Assembly: GCA_026936335.1 (NCBI GenBank)
Contig: JAPMXV010000059.1
Coordinates: forward strand, 124,001 to 188,000
From: Mantamonas sphyraenae STR306
Taxonomy: Eukaryota; Protista; CRuMs
Direction: 5' to 3'
DNA: 64,000 bases
Within the stretch, counting starts at the first letter, position 1. Each line of letters begins with the position of its first letter. This document shows, piece after piece, positions 11,215 to 22,168 of the stretch. Below the pieces are notes generated by a model. It made no database searches. It had not been told where the DNA came from and was given only the letters and a program-made list of their open reading frames with translations. The translations under genes were made by a program, and so were the position numbers.

Positions 11215-14200
11215 TCATTTTGCTCCCGCCTTGCTCTTGGACGGCACCTTGATGATCATGGGGCTGCTTGTGGCCTGTGTGTACTCCTTGGCGGCCGGCT
11301 TTCCTTCGCCCGTGATCTTGGCCGAGAACAGCTGCTTCTTGGTGCTGCCCCGCGCCGACGACGACGACAACGACGACGACGACGACGACGATGCAAATGA
11401 GCCAGAGGCTCCTCTTTCCACATCCATCTGCGACTCTTTGTTCTTGATGGAGGCCAGGGCGCCCACGAGGCCTCCCATGCCCGTGCGCTTGGGCTTGTTG
11501 CTCTTGGCCTTGAATGTACGCTTGCTTGCAAGCATCTTCTTTGTCTTGTTCCCTGCCGTCTTGGCTGCTTGCACCTGTGCCAGAGACGATGATGTGTCCT
11601 TGCCCCGCCTCTTCTGCTGTTGCTGTTCTTCCTCCTTCTCCTCCGCATCCTCCAGATCAAACTCCTCTTCGCCCTCGTTGGCCTCGGCCACCACGTCGAC
11701 ATTGGCGTCGTCGTCCTCCTTGTCATCGTCCAGATCAAACGCGCCACCATCGTTCTCCTCGTCGTCCTCGTCGTCCTCGTCGTCCTCGTCCAACGACACG
11801 TGGGTGACCTTGTTGGCACGCATGCGACGACGATACTCGGCGGCACGCTTGCCCACACGCGAGTGTGCGGCAGGTGCAGAGTCACGAGCACGCTCCTGGG
11901 TGCTCATGGGCCCCGGTGCACGCTGGATGCCCTTGGCCAGCATCTCACGCGCCTCCCTGTCCAGATCCTTCTGTGCCTGGGCGGCGTCTGCATAGGCATC
12001 GACGCTGGGGACAAAGTCGCTGCGACGGAACTTTTGCGTAAGCAGCGTTTCCATCTTTTCGGCCAGGGCACCCATCTGGTGCTTGGTGGCAATGTTGATG
12101 GCAATTTCCACGGCCTGTGCGTACTGCATCATGGCCGCGAGTTCCAGGGCACGTGCCGCGCGTTCGGTGCTGCACGCTTGGTTGACCTGCTGGATGAGCA
12201 GCGTGTCCAGCGCCTTGCGTTCCCGCTCCAGCTCCGAATCCAAATCCAGCGGCTCGCCGCGACGCACACGCGATTTGATGTCGCGGATGGTTGCGTGCAG
12301 GTCGATGGAGCTGCGCATGTACTGCTCCTCCAGCTCGGTGGCCGCCGGCAGATCTTCGGCCAGCGGGATCTCCAGCGGGGTGGCGTGCTGCACCGGGCGT
12401 GGATGGACGGCCGGGTACGCTTCGCCATTGCGGCAGAGGACGGAGAGCACATGCTCGTCGGTGACCCCCAGCACAAACTGCACATCGGTGTCACTCTTGA
12501 CACTGGAACGCAGATCGGCCACGGGCATCCACTCGTGATCCCATTCGGGAACGAGCATACGCACCGTGTCTGCCGTGTCGACACTCACCAACAGTCCGTT
12601 CTCGGCAAACCCGGCCCACTTCAACTGCTCGGCGGGGCCCAGGGGCAGCCTGTCACGCACCACTCTGCGCTGGCTCTGCATGTCGTACAACACATACTCC
12701 AGTGTTTGGGACTCTTGCGTGGGCATGCCGCCGTGGTAGATCACGGCCAGCTGGTGACCAGCACCCACCGCACACACTACGGGGCCCGGCACGCTAAACA
12801 CCTGCTTCTGGATCCCAGTGTACGAAAACACACGCAGCAGCTGGCGATCGGTGACGACGGCGGCCCACTTGAACCCCAGTGTCACCGCCTCGATGCTCTC
12901 GCCCACGGGCATCTTGACGGTCCACTTTGTGTCTGTGCTCCAGCCCACAAAGGCGCGATAGAACAGCATCGACTGCGTGTCGCCCGTGGCCCGGCTGCCA
13001 AACACCGCGGCGTGGGTGCCCAACGCAGCCATCGAAAAGTCGTAATGGTCGGTGAAGCGCACGTTGGCATATGTTTGCTTGTCCACAAAGTCGATCTCCA
13101 CCGAGGCGTAATTGGCCTCCCGTCGGTGCAAGATGGCACCCACGCTGTTCCAGCACATGAATCGTCGCTCCTCCTCCTCCGGCGTGGCGCTCGGTTGCAT
13201 CGGCTCCTGCATGGCCGTGCTCTGTGCTGCTGCAGCGGCTGCCAGGTACGCACTCGGCGTACGTGGTGTGTGCCGGCTCGAACTCGGAGTCGACACACTG
13301 GCCATCTCCTCATCCGCACGCAGAAACTGTGCGTTTGCAGTTGCGGGCGATGTCTCCATGTCCAGGGAGGACGAGGAGGACGACGATGCCGCTGCGTCAG
13401 CCTCGCCGTTCACAGACACACGACTGCGTTTCACATCCACAGCTGTGCCTCCCGCGTGCACCTCCACTTCCATGCCAAGATCCTCCTCGTCGTCGTCTTC
13501 GTCGTCGTCGTCGGTGGCCTCCAGGATGCGCACGTTGCGCTTGCGCTTCCTTGGTGTGGCATGCTCTTGGTCATTTGCAGCCCCGTCTGCGTTGGTTTGC
13601 GTCGTGGTGTCGTCACCGTCGTTGTCGTCGTCGTCGTTGTCGTCGTCGTCGTCAAACATGGCAGAAATGCGATTGGCAGCCTGTGCAGATTCACCTGCTA
13701 CAAACTCGGCGGGGCTTGCACCCATGTCTTGCGGCGCGGGCATGGAGGCCGGCACGGGGTTGCTCCACAACAAATAGTTGCCGATGTGGTCTGTGAAGCA
13801 GAGGGCATTGAGGGTAGGGTGCCAGCAGACGTCATGGATGTGGTCCGAATGACGCAGTGCCCCGATGCTCTCGCCATCCTTCAGATTCCACACAGTGAGC
13901 TGCTGGTCCAGAGCCACACTGACCAGATAGAGGCCGTTGGGCGAGTAGCGCACCATTGTCGTGTCCTTGGTGTGGCCTCCAGTCAGCGTCTTTGCCTGGT
14001 TTTCCCAGTCGCCACGCGGCAGCAACACCACACGGTTCTCCACAGGCACTGCCAACTGGTGTCCGCTGGGCGACCATGCCACACGGTTGGTCAGCGTGTC
14101 GTCCTTGCCGCCTGTGTTGCGTGCAAACAGGCTTGCGCTGTGCACCGCCGTCCGTTCCTCCACATCCCACACCTTGAGGGTGCCATCGCTGCCCACAGAC

Positions 14201-15042
14201 GCCACAAACTCGTTGTCTGGGTCCATGGCCACGCTTTTCACCTGGCCCTTGTGGCCCTTCAGCAGGGACACGTTGGTCACGTCGGCCACCTTGATCACCC
14301 GGATGTCCGAATCTCTGTGCGTGTGTGCGTGTGTGTGCAAGGTAGCGTGGCGATGTGTCAGGCACTGTGCACAAGCACCATGCGCATATGCGCGCGCACG
14401 GTCGTCCATGTCACCTACTCGCAAGCCACGGCGACGCTGCTGCCCGTCAACGAGAAGCTGACATCCAGCACGCCCGAGCTGTGGCGCAACAACATGCGCG
14501 GTTCCTCGCTGTTGGGCTTTGGATACGAGTACAGAGCAACGGTGCCGTCTTGTGCTGCGCCCACAAATGATGTGCCCTGTGTGTATGTGTGTGTACCGCG
14601 TGTGTGTCCCATGTCAGCCGCCTTGCACGTCTCGCGACCTTTTTTTGCGCGCGCTTTTGGCGCGCTTTTCCCGCGGGGCTCCTTTTGAGGCCATGACGGC
14701 GGCAGCCGAGGCCAGGACAGACCCCAGGACACGTACGCGTGGATGGAATGCGAGACGACGCAGCCCTGCGTCAAAGCCTTTGGTCAGGCTGGCTGGCTCG
14801 GCGTCGCTGAGGTGCGCCTGCTCGTCGAGGTTGCTCAGGTACACCAACGAGTCAGCGCCGCCCGTGATCACAGCACTGTATGACGCACAATTCAATGGAG
14901 TCCGACACACAGCATCCAGTCATGAGGAAGCAGTCCGGTTGAGAAGCGTTGTGCATTGTACATGGCGCGGGAGGGGGGAACAATGGAGAGTTGTGGTGGT
15001 GAGTTGCTGATCACCCACTTTTTGCACAGCCGCGGTGGACCT

Positions 15043-15079
<37 letters not shown>

Positions 15080-15174
15080 ACGTACCTGCCCTTGGGGTGC
15101 ACGTCCAGACACGTGTAGCCACACATGTGCAGGATCTTCTTTTGTCCGAGTTGCCTGCTGCCTCTGCTGGTCAT
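11215..15174 (-). CDS. WDHD1: Ctf4/AND-1 (WD40 + SepB domain) replisome adaptor, several 5' introns
   Basis: N-terminal WD40 repeats; QEPMQPSATP..RRFMCWNSVGAI..VEIDF..RFTDHYDFSMAALG..LLRVFSYTGIQ. Confidence 0.88.
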
Positions 15175-15239
15175 CGTGCGATTGGTGTGGTTTGGACGGC
15201 GTCGGCGCCAGACATGCCAGCCCATCCTTTCGAAAAACT

Positions 15240-17012
15240 ATGTTTGCACGAGTGCGACCCTCACCACGCACGGTGGTGACACAATCCATGCGCACAGTGC
15301 TGAGTGCCACACGCAGGTCACCGTCGTCGTCACGCGGCTGGACGCGCACGCTGAGCACCAACAGCAGCGCAGGTGGCGAAGCGCCAGAGGGAGCCAAATC
15401 AAGCATGCGCAGTTGGGTTATGGTGGGTGGTGCCGTGGGACTGGGTGCCGGGGTGGGGCTCCTGCTGCCCACTCGTCAGGAGATTGCCTCGGCACACTTG
15501 ACGTTGTCCACCCATGATGACGACAACAAGGGCAGCGAAACGTCGCAAGGAACAGCCAGCGAGTGGTCGCCGCCAGCGATTGTGCAGCGGTGGCAGGCCC
15601 AACCCGAGTTGCCGACTGCTGTGGTGCACGCCCTGCAGGAGGCCCTTGGTGATCGCTGCGTTTTGGATGTGGACGAGCGCCAGAGTCACGGCAAGGATTG
15701 GAGTTTCCACAACGCCAGTGCACCCATGGCCGTGGTATATCCGGAGAGTGTGGAGGAAATCAAGGCCGTGGTGGCTGTGTGTCAGGAGCACGGGGTGCCG
15801 CTGGTGCCGTACGGCTCGGGCACCTCGTTGGAGGGCCACACGACAGCGCCCGCAGGCGGACGGGGCGTGTGCATGGACCTGTCGCACATGCGTGAGATTC
15901 TGCGTCTGAGTGTGGAGGACATGGATGTGACGGTGCAGCCTGGAATCAGCTACGGGGAGCTGAACGACGCGTTGAAGGAACACGGGTTGTTTTTCGGCGT
16001 GGACCCGGGGCCCGGTGCATCCATTGGGGGCATGTGCAGCACCAACTGTTCCGGCACACACGCGGTGCGGTATGGCACGATGAAGGACAATGTGCTGAGC
16101 ATGAAGGTGTTGCTTGCGGACGGACGGGTGGTGAGCACAGGTCAGCGAGCACGCAAGTCGTCGATGGGCTATAACCTGACCAACCTGTTTGTGGGTGCGG
16201 AAGGCACGTTGGGTGTGATTCTCGAGGTGACACTGAAGCTGCAGCAAATCCCACCCAGCAGCAGTGTGGCCGTGTGTGCCTTTGACGACCTCGAGCAGGC
16301 CACTCGCACCGTGGTGCGCACCATGCAGGCCGGCGTCCAGATAGGACGCGTGGAACTGTTGGATGCCGAGATGATCCGTGCGGTGAATCTGAACAGCGGC
16401 ACGCGGTTCGCCGAGAAAGCCACCCTGTTTTTCGAGTTTTCCGGAACAGAGGCCGTGGTGGCGGAGCAGACGAAGAGTGTGCTGCGCATTGCCAAGGAAC
16501 AAGGCTGTGCACAGTGCACCTGGGCCACAGACGAGTCGGAGAAGCAGCAGCTGTGGCAGGCGCGCAAGATTGCCCTGTGGAGTGCACCCATGTTGCGTCC
16601 GGGCGCTCAGGTGTGGACCACAGACGTGTGTGTGCCCATCTCGCGCCTGTCCCAGTGCATCAAGGAAACTCAGGCGGACATTGACGCCTCCTTCCTCAAG
16701 GCTCCCCTTGTGGGCCACGTGGGCGACGGCAACTTTCACCTCTTTATCCTCGTCGATCCCGACAACGAGACGGACATGGCCGAGGCCCGTAGACTCAACG
16801 AACGTCTGGTACACCGTGCCATTGCCATGGACGGCACGGCCACGGGCGAGCACGGAGTGGGCATCGGCAAGCGCAAGTACATGACGCGGGAGCTCGGTCC
16901 CGAAGCCGTCGGCCTCATGCAGCAGATCAAACAGCTGCTCGATCCCAAAGGCATCATGAACCCTGGCAAGCAACTGCCGGATGAGAACCTGCAGCCAGCA
17001 GTGCGCAGGTGA
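15240..17012 (+). CDS. LDHD: Mitochondrial FAD-linked D-lactate dehydrogenase
   Basis: PYGSGTSLEGH, VDPGPGASIGGM, HAVRYGTMKDNV, GAEGTLGVI, TDVCVPIS, GHVGDGNFH, TGEHGVGIGK; Arg/Ser-rich presequence. Confidence 0.92.
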   Translation: MFARVRPSPRTVVTQSMRTVLSATRRSPSSSRGWTRTLSTNSSAGGEAPEGAKSSMRSWVMVGGAVGLGAGVGLLLPTRQEIASAHLTLSTHDDDNKGSETSQGTASEWSPPAIVQRWQAQPELPTAVVHALQEALGDRCVLDVDERQSHGKDWSFHNASAPMAVVYPESVEEIKAVVAVCQEHGVPLVPYGSGTSLEGHTTAPAGGRGVCMDLSHMREILRLSVEDMDVTVQPGISYGELNDALKEHGLFFGVDPGPGASIGGMCSTNCSGTHAVRYGTMKDNVLSMKVLLADGRVVSTGQRARKSSMGYNLTNLFVGAEGTLGVILEVTLKLQQIPPSSSVAVCAFDDLEQATRTVVRTMQAGVQIGRVELLDAEMIRAVNLNSGTRFAEKATLFFEFSGTEAVVAEQTKSVLRIAKEQGCAQCTWATDESEKQQLWQARKIALWSAPMLRPGAQVWTTDVCVPISRLSQCIKETQADIDASFLKAPLVGHVGDGNFHLFILVDPDNETDMAEARRLNERLVHRAIAMDGTATGEHGVGIGKRKYMTRELGPEAVGLMQQIKQLLDPKGIMNPGKQLPDENLQPAVRR

Positions 17013-17101
17013 GTGAGTGTGTGGGAGGGGGAGGAAGGGGGGGCAGAAAGGGAAGGGGAAGACCAGCGCTGGCTTGTGGAACAAAATCAATCCAACCGGC
17101 C

Positions 17102-17703
17102 ATGGATATCCTCAACCCGACACCGTTCCTGCAGTCGTTGGAAAACAAGCGCATTGAAGTGGCACTCAAGTGGGGCCAGAGCTATGTGGGCGACCTGGTG
17201 TCGCACGACGCGTACATGAATCTGCGCGTGAGTTTGTCATTAGCACGCCATAGCTAGCACGAGGGGCGGCAGGGTGTGTGAAAGAGGGGGAGAGTGGGGT
17301 GGTGCGTGGTGGAAACGACGTTGGTGCATGCCTGGGTGTGTGGGATGGTGTGGAGGACGTGTGACGGCGAGCGTACGGTGTCGGGCATGCGCACAGATTC
17401 CGCAGAGGAGACAACCGTCGACCAAAACTCACACGCACACATGGAAATCATCCATGAAAAACGGACGCACACACACAGCTGGACAACACCGACGAGGTGG
17501 TCAAGGGCGAGAAAAAGGCCACGCTGGGCGAGGTGGTTATTCGGTGGGTTGACGGGAACGAGAGGGTGGCGCGCTTTGGAACGCAGGGGCTGACACGCAC
17601 GATGTGGACTCACAGATGCAACAACGTTTTGTACATTAGAGAGATGCCGTCGGAGGATGGAAAGGAGGCAGAGAGCAACAGCTCAGACACAATGGAAACC
17701 TAA
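17102..17703 (+). CDS. SNRPF: snRNP Sm protein F, three exons
   Basis: NPTPFL..VALKWGQSYVGDLVSHDAYMNLR|LDNTDE..LGEVVIR|CNNVLYIR. Confidence 0.85.
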
Positions 17704-18455
17704 TTTGCGGGCAGTTGTTTGGCCGCGAGCAGCAGGTGAAGCAGGTGTGGGTTGTTGAGTCGACGTGCAAGCGGCAGAGGACACACGCCGTCGCGTCTGC
17801 ACTCAAGTGGATTGCGTAGACGTGGCACACCTGCGAGGGAGTCTTGCATGGGTCCGTTGGCGCTGAGAAGAGCTCGTAGTGTGGCCACGTCGTTGTTCTG
17901 CACGGCCAGTAGCACGGGACAGGCGTGGTCGCTGCGGCTGCACACGTTGGCATCGGCACCATGGCGAAGGAGCAGCCGCACAACGCGTGAGTGGCGATGG
18001 CGTACAGCCAACAAGAGGGCCGTCCAACCGTAGCCTTGCGACGATTGGGCGTTGACCAGCGCACGACCGTGGCTGGGACGTAGCAAGGCGGCACATGTGG
18101 CCACACTTCCATTCTGGGCGGCCACCATGAGCGGTGTCACTCCCTGCTCGTTGACGATGCGTGGGTCTGCGCCGTGGGACTCGAGTAGCGCGCGTACCAC
18201 GGCCTCCTGGCCATGTTGGGCTGCAAAGAAGAGCATGGTGACACCGTTGATGCCTTGGTAATCCACCTGCAGGCGATTTCTGTGGATATCCAGCAGTTCC
18301 AATGCACGGTGTTCCTTGCCCAGGCGAATGGCTGCAAACACCTTGTTTTCCACCTGCGTTGTGCTCACCAGCACCTTTATGCTGGCCAGCAGAATCACAG
18401 GCGTCAACACAATCAGACAGCAAAACGCTCGTTTGTTCCACGTCGCAGCATCCAT
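17700..18455 (-). CDS. Ankyrin-repeat protein with N-terminal hydrophobic anchor
   Basis: GVTMLFFAAQHGQ, GVTPLMVAAQNGS, GWTALLLAVRHRH..LLRHGADAN. Confidence 0.85.
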   Translation of the reverse strand: MDAATWNKRAFCCLIVLTPVILLASIKVLVSTTQVENKVFAAIRLGKEHRALELLDIHRNRLQVDYQGINGVTMLFFAAQHGQEAVVRALLESHGADPRIVNEQGVTPLMVAAQNGSVATCAALLRPSHGRALVNAQSSQGYGWTALLLAVRHRHSRVVRLLLRHGADANVCSRSDHACPVLLAVQNNDVATLRALLSANGPMQDSLAGVPRLRNPLECRRDGVCPLPLARRLNNPHLLHLLLAAKQLPAN

Positions 18456-18527
18456 GTGGCTGGCGACGTTCGCGCACCGCCGGTCTCTCTATCACACACT
18501 CACACTCTCCTGTCCACCCGCCGCCTC

Positions 18528-21500
18528 TCAGATGATCAACTTGTCGAGTTGGGCCTTCATGCCACGACGGGACCGTGTCTGCCGTGCGTCTTCGTCCTCT
18601 TTGATCTCCTTGCCAAGCTTCTTGGCCAGGCGAAGCCTGCGTTCGCGATGCTGGCCCTCCTCACGCCTGCGTGCCGCGTTGCGTTGGATCATGAGCACCT
18701 CACGCATGCCTGGGTTGTGTTTGTTGTCCGCCAAGTCTTGTTGGAAGTTGGCTTGAGCCTCTTTGAGCTGCATGCTGTTTTCAAACATGCGCCGCACCTC
18801 CTCCTCGTCCCCGTTGTCCACGCTGGGCATCAGTTGGCGCAGCATCGCCTGCTCCTTCGCACTCAGTCTGCTGTACACGTCGTAATTCACCACGTCGCTG
18901 AGATCGATCCGTGCCAGCCTCGAATCCGCCGTCAACCACGCCTCGCCAAACTTGATGTCCTCCTCGCTATCCATCAGCATCCCCCCTTCATCATCGTCCA
19001 AATCGCCGTCGTCTGAGCCCCACGCATCGTCGTCTTTGCTCTTGCTCTTGCTTCGCCGCTGTCGCCTTGCGGCTGGTTTGCGCTTGCGTTTCGCAGGTGG
19101 CTGCTTCAACGTCCCTTCTGGAATCTCTGCTTCCTTTTCGATCACCAGCCGTTCCTGTGCCACCCCGTCGCCCGATGCGCCACCAATGCGCAGCACAATC
19201 CGAGTGGTGATGGACGAGGGAGTTGTGGACGTCGTGCTTGATGACGTGGAGCTTGCTGTTGTTGTCGTGTTGCCGCCACTGCTGCTGTTGCTGTTGTTAG
19301 TAGTGTTGTTGTTGGTGGTGCTGCTGCTGCTGTTGATGCTGTTGCTGTTGTTCACCGGTTCTGTGTCCATGCTATCCTTGCTTTCGTCGCCTGCCTTTCC
19401 TTCGTCGATTGCCTTGCCTTCATCGCGTGCCCTGCCTGCATTTGGCTGTGCTTGTTCCTTGCGATGCTTCTGCGGCGGTTGAAAGGAGCCGCCAGTGCGT
19501 GCCACGGACGAGGTGCTGTCTGACGAGGACATGCGAACACGTGCCATGCCACTTGTGGAAGCCATGTTGCTGCTGTTGCTGCTGTTGCTGCTTCTATGTG
19601 CCTCACCTACTGTCTCAGCTTGCTCCACCACGTGCAGCACCACGTCTGTGTTGTCCTCCACCAGCGACCGTTCCAGCAGCTGCTCCTCGTCCTGTGCCTC
19701 CTGTCCACGTCCCTGTACCACCATGGCACTGTCCCCCATCTTCTTTGCGGTCGGTTTCACCACATCCATGGGCTTCGAGTTGCTGAACGTGCTGGGCCGC
19801 GGGCTGGCCAGGGTACGTGCTGTGTTGACATTGCCACCACTGGTCGTTGCCATCCCAACACCACCCATGCTGCCTCGGCTTGCACTCCTGCTGTTGCTGC
19901 GAGCGCCATTGGGGGGCGGTGTCGGCGTGCCCAGAGCACTGCCCCCTCGATTCACGCTCTCCGACACGGGCGAAATGAACCCGGGACGTGGGATGCTATC
20001 ACGCATCGACACAGGCGTGCTCGTCATGTTGCGTGCCATCAGTGCACTCCTGGGCGTCACAGGCGAGGTCTCCGGCGTGCTACTGCCGCCACCACCACCA
20101 CCGCCACCGCCGCCACCCTCTGAACTCTGTGACAGCGAACTGCCGGGCCGCGATCCCGATCGCCATCGTCGGTCCGTGTACACCACTTGCGCGTCGTAGG
20201 AGAGGGCTGCGGTGCCGTCGCTGGAAAGCACGAAATCAATGCGTCCTGCGTCCAAGAGGTCGCCCAGGGTGTTGATGCGCGGCACCGTGCTGCGCTTGAC
20301 CAGCACCAATTGCATGCGACTGACGTCGTCCTGTGTGATGGGCTCCTTCTTCCAGAACTCGTGCGAGTAGATGCACGAACGCACCGAGGAACGCCAATTG
20401 GAGGCGGCCCCCAGCTTGCGCAGCACCCCCTTGCGGAAGATCCACGTCCGATTGCCTGCGTAGTCGTACAGGTCCTCGTATGTACACCGGCCCCCTTTGG
20501 CCTCCTCCATCATCACATGTTTCACCATGTGCAACACAGAGTCAAACACGAGTGTGCCCCTGTCCAACGCGTGAACCGTCGCCTTGAACCGTTCCAGCTC
20601 CGCTCGCCGCTCGCCACTCAACGCCTTTTCGGGCGTCGTGTGCACTCGCCCGCCACTTGCACGCGACCCCGAACGCCCCTTGGATGGTGTCGATGCCTTT
20701 TTGCCCTTGCCGCTGCCCTTACTTTTGCCCTCCTTCTTCTTGCTCGGCGTGCTTGTGCGCTTCCTGCTTCCTTTCGCCTTGCTGCTGCTCTTGCTCTTCC
20801 CAGGCCCTCCTGATGCTTCCCCCGCCCCATCGCCTCCAGATGTTCCTGTTGCTGTCCCTACCAGCTCGTGGCCGTCTGTGCTGCTGCCACTGCCGCTGCT
20901 GCTGCTGCTGCTGCTGCTGCTCGGGTCGACCTGTCCGCCGTGCCTGATCTGCGCGAGGCCCTCTTTGTCCTCGACCTGCGCAAGCGTCAATGGCGCAGGT
21001 GCTGACGCCATTCCATCTGCAGGATGCAATTGGGTGCGTGCACGCTTCTCCCAGGGCATTTCCGTGTTGCCGTCCGGCATGGCTGCAAAGAGGTCTCGCG
21101 GAGCGCCGGACAGCTGAGTCGCTTCGGCTCCAGCCTCCTCCTCGGCCTCTTCTCGTAGCCGCTTGTGCTGGCCCGTGTGCAGCGAGGTGACCCGATGGAA
21201 CGGAGTGTTGTGCATGTGCATGTGCAACGCAGGCTGTGTGTGCACGTGGTCTGTGTGGTTCATCATCATCTCCGGCTCTTCCTCCTCCTGCGGCTCCGAC
21301 GCCTGCACGTCCTCTTCCTCTTGCGCTCCCAGTTCGGCCCACAACAGATCTTCCGCCGAACGCGGCCTTGGCGCAAGCCTGGGGTGCGTGCGCACGTGTG
21401 CGTCCCCCGACATGGCCATTGCACCCATGCCCGCCCCCATCATGCCACCCATAGCCCCCACGCCTCCACCCATTCCGTCGCGGGCGCTGTCATAGATCAG

Positions 21501-21740
21501 TCGCAACTGCAACTCTGCGTCCATCCCGTCCACATCGTCGTCGTCGTCGTCGTCCACGTCGTCATCCACCGTCAATCCCCGTCTGTCCGACAGCTGTTCC
21601 CGCTCCTCCTCTGTGTCGTGCCCTGCGTCGTCCATGCTGTGCACCAGAAAGTGCCTTGGGGCCAGCACCATCTGCTCCTCCTCTTCCTCCATCATGTCCT
21701 GGTGATGACCGTGTCCACCCTCATGATGGGAAGACCACAT
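18528..21740 (-). CDS. Low-complexity protein with forkhead-like winged helix and C-terminal DEUBAD-like domain; start uncertain
   Basis: SVLHMVKHVM..CTYEDLYDY..NWRSSVRSCIYSHEFWKK; DSRLARIDLSDVVNYDVYSRLSAKEQAMLRQLMPSVD..FQQDLAD. Confidence 0.6.
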   Translation of the reverse strand: MWSSHHEGGHGHHQDMMEEEEEQMVLAPRHFLVHSMDDAGHDTEEEREQLSDRRGLTVDDDVDDDDDDDVDGMDAELQLRLIYDSARDGMGGGVGAMGGMMGAGMGAMAMSGDAHVRTHPRLAPRPRSAEDLLWAELGAQEEEDVQASEPQEEEEPEMMMNHTDHVHTQPALHMHMHNTPFHRVTSLHTGQHKRLREEAEEEAGAEATQLSGAPRDLFAAMPDGNTEMPWEKRARTQLHPADGMASAPAPLTLAQVEDKEGLAQIRHGGQVDPSSSSSSSSSGSGSSTDGHELVGTATGTSGGDGAGEASGGPGKSKSSSKAKGSRKRTSTPSKKKEGKSKGSGKGKKASTPSKGRSGSRASGGRVHTTPEKALSGERRAELERFKATVHALDRGTLVFDSVLHMVKHVMMEEAKGGRCTYEDLYDYAGNRTWIFRKGVLRKLGAASNWRSSVRSCIYSHEFWKKEPITQDDVSRMQLVLVKRSTVPRINTLGDLLDAGRIDFVLSSDGTAALSYDAQVVYTDRRWRSGSRPGSSLSQSSEGGGGGGGGGGGSSTPETSPVTPRSALMARNMTSTPVSMRDSIPRPGFISPVSESVNRGGSALGTPTPPPNGARSNSRSASRGSMGGVGMATTSGGNVNTARTLASPRPSTFSNSKPMDVVKPTAKKMGDSAMVVQGRGQEAQDEEQLLERSLVEDNTDVVLHVVEQAETVGEAHRSSNSSNSSNMASTSGMARVRMSSSDSTSSVARTGGSFQPPQKHRKEQAQPNAGRARDEGKAIDEGKAGDESKDSMDTEPVNNSNSINSSSSTTNNNTTNNSNSSSGGNTTTTASSTSSSTTSTTPSSITTRIVLRIGGASGDGVAQERLVIEKEAEIPEGTLKQPPAKRKRKPAARRQRRSKSKSKDDDAWGSDDGDLDDDEGGMLMDSEEDIKFGEAWLTADSRLARIDLSDVVNYDVYSRLSAKEQAMLRQLMPSVDNGDEEEVRRMFENSMQLKEAQANFQQDLADNKHNPGMREVLMIQRNAARRREEGQHRERRLRLAKKLGKEIKEDEDARQTRSRRGMKAQLDKLII

Positions 21741-22168
21741 TCTCTCCAGCCACACCTTTTGTTTGGGAAAGGGAAAAAAACCAGAGTGTTGTGGGGAGAG
21801 AAGTGCGGATGTGTTGGCAATCGCTGCGCAGTTGGTTGCAATTGAGCGTGAACGTGGCCCTCACCACCGAGAACAACGCCCAAAAACACATAGAATGTTC
21901 ACCGAGGCATGATATCACTCCTCTGTGGGTTCTTTGTGATCACAGAGATGTTCACACCCCGCTCATGGCTGTGCTAACGGCCAATCGTTCCCACTCCCCT
22001 CGGTTTCCACGCGCACTGAAAGAAGCTAACCAAAGTCATCTAAACAATGGTGACAATGAATCCTTGCGAACAATGCATTGTGTGGACGAGAAGGGATGTC
22101 AAGCAGGTGTGATGGACAAGGCGCACCAGACGCCAACCTGACGGATCAGAAATTGTCACCAAACCAAC

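Noticed and set aside
11620-14688. Long antisense ORFs (also 48061-51234, 33156-35219, 41844-43790, 15399-17090, 60184-61788)
   Set aside because: They are shadows of real genes on the opposite strand, expected with GC-rich codon usage, and show no recognisable motifs
21826-21960. Possible terminal inverted repeat: GCGTGAACG, GCCCAAAA and ATGTTCAC on the left match reverse complements at 30721-30729, 30679-30686 and 30528-30535
   Set aside because: Only 8-9-bp patches with inconsistent spacing and no flanking TA pair; compatible with chance, so not called as TIRs
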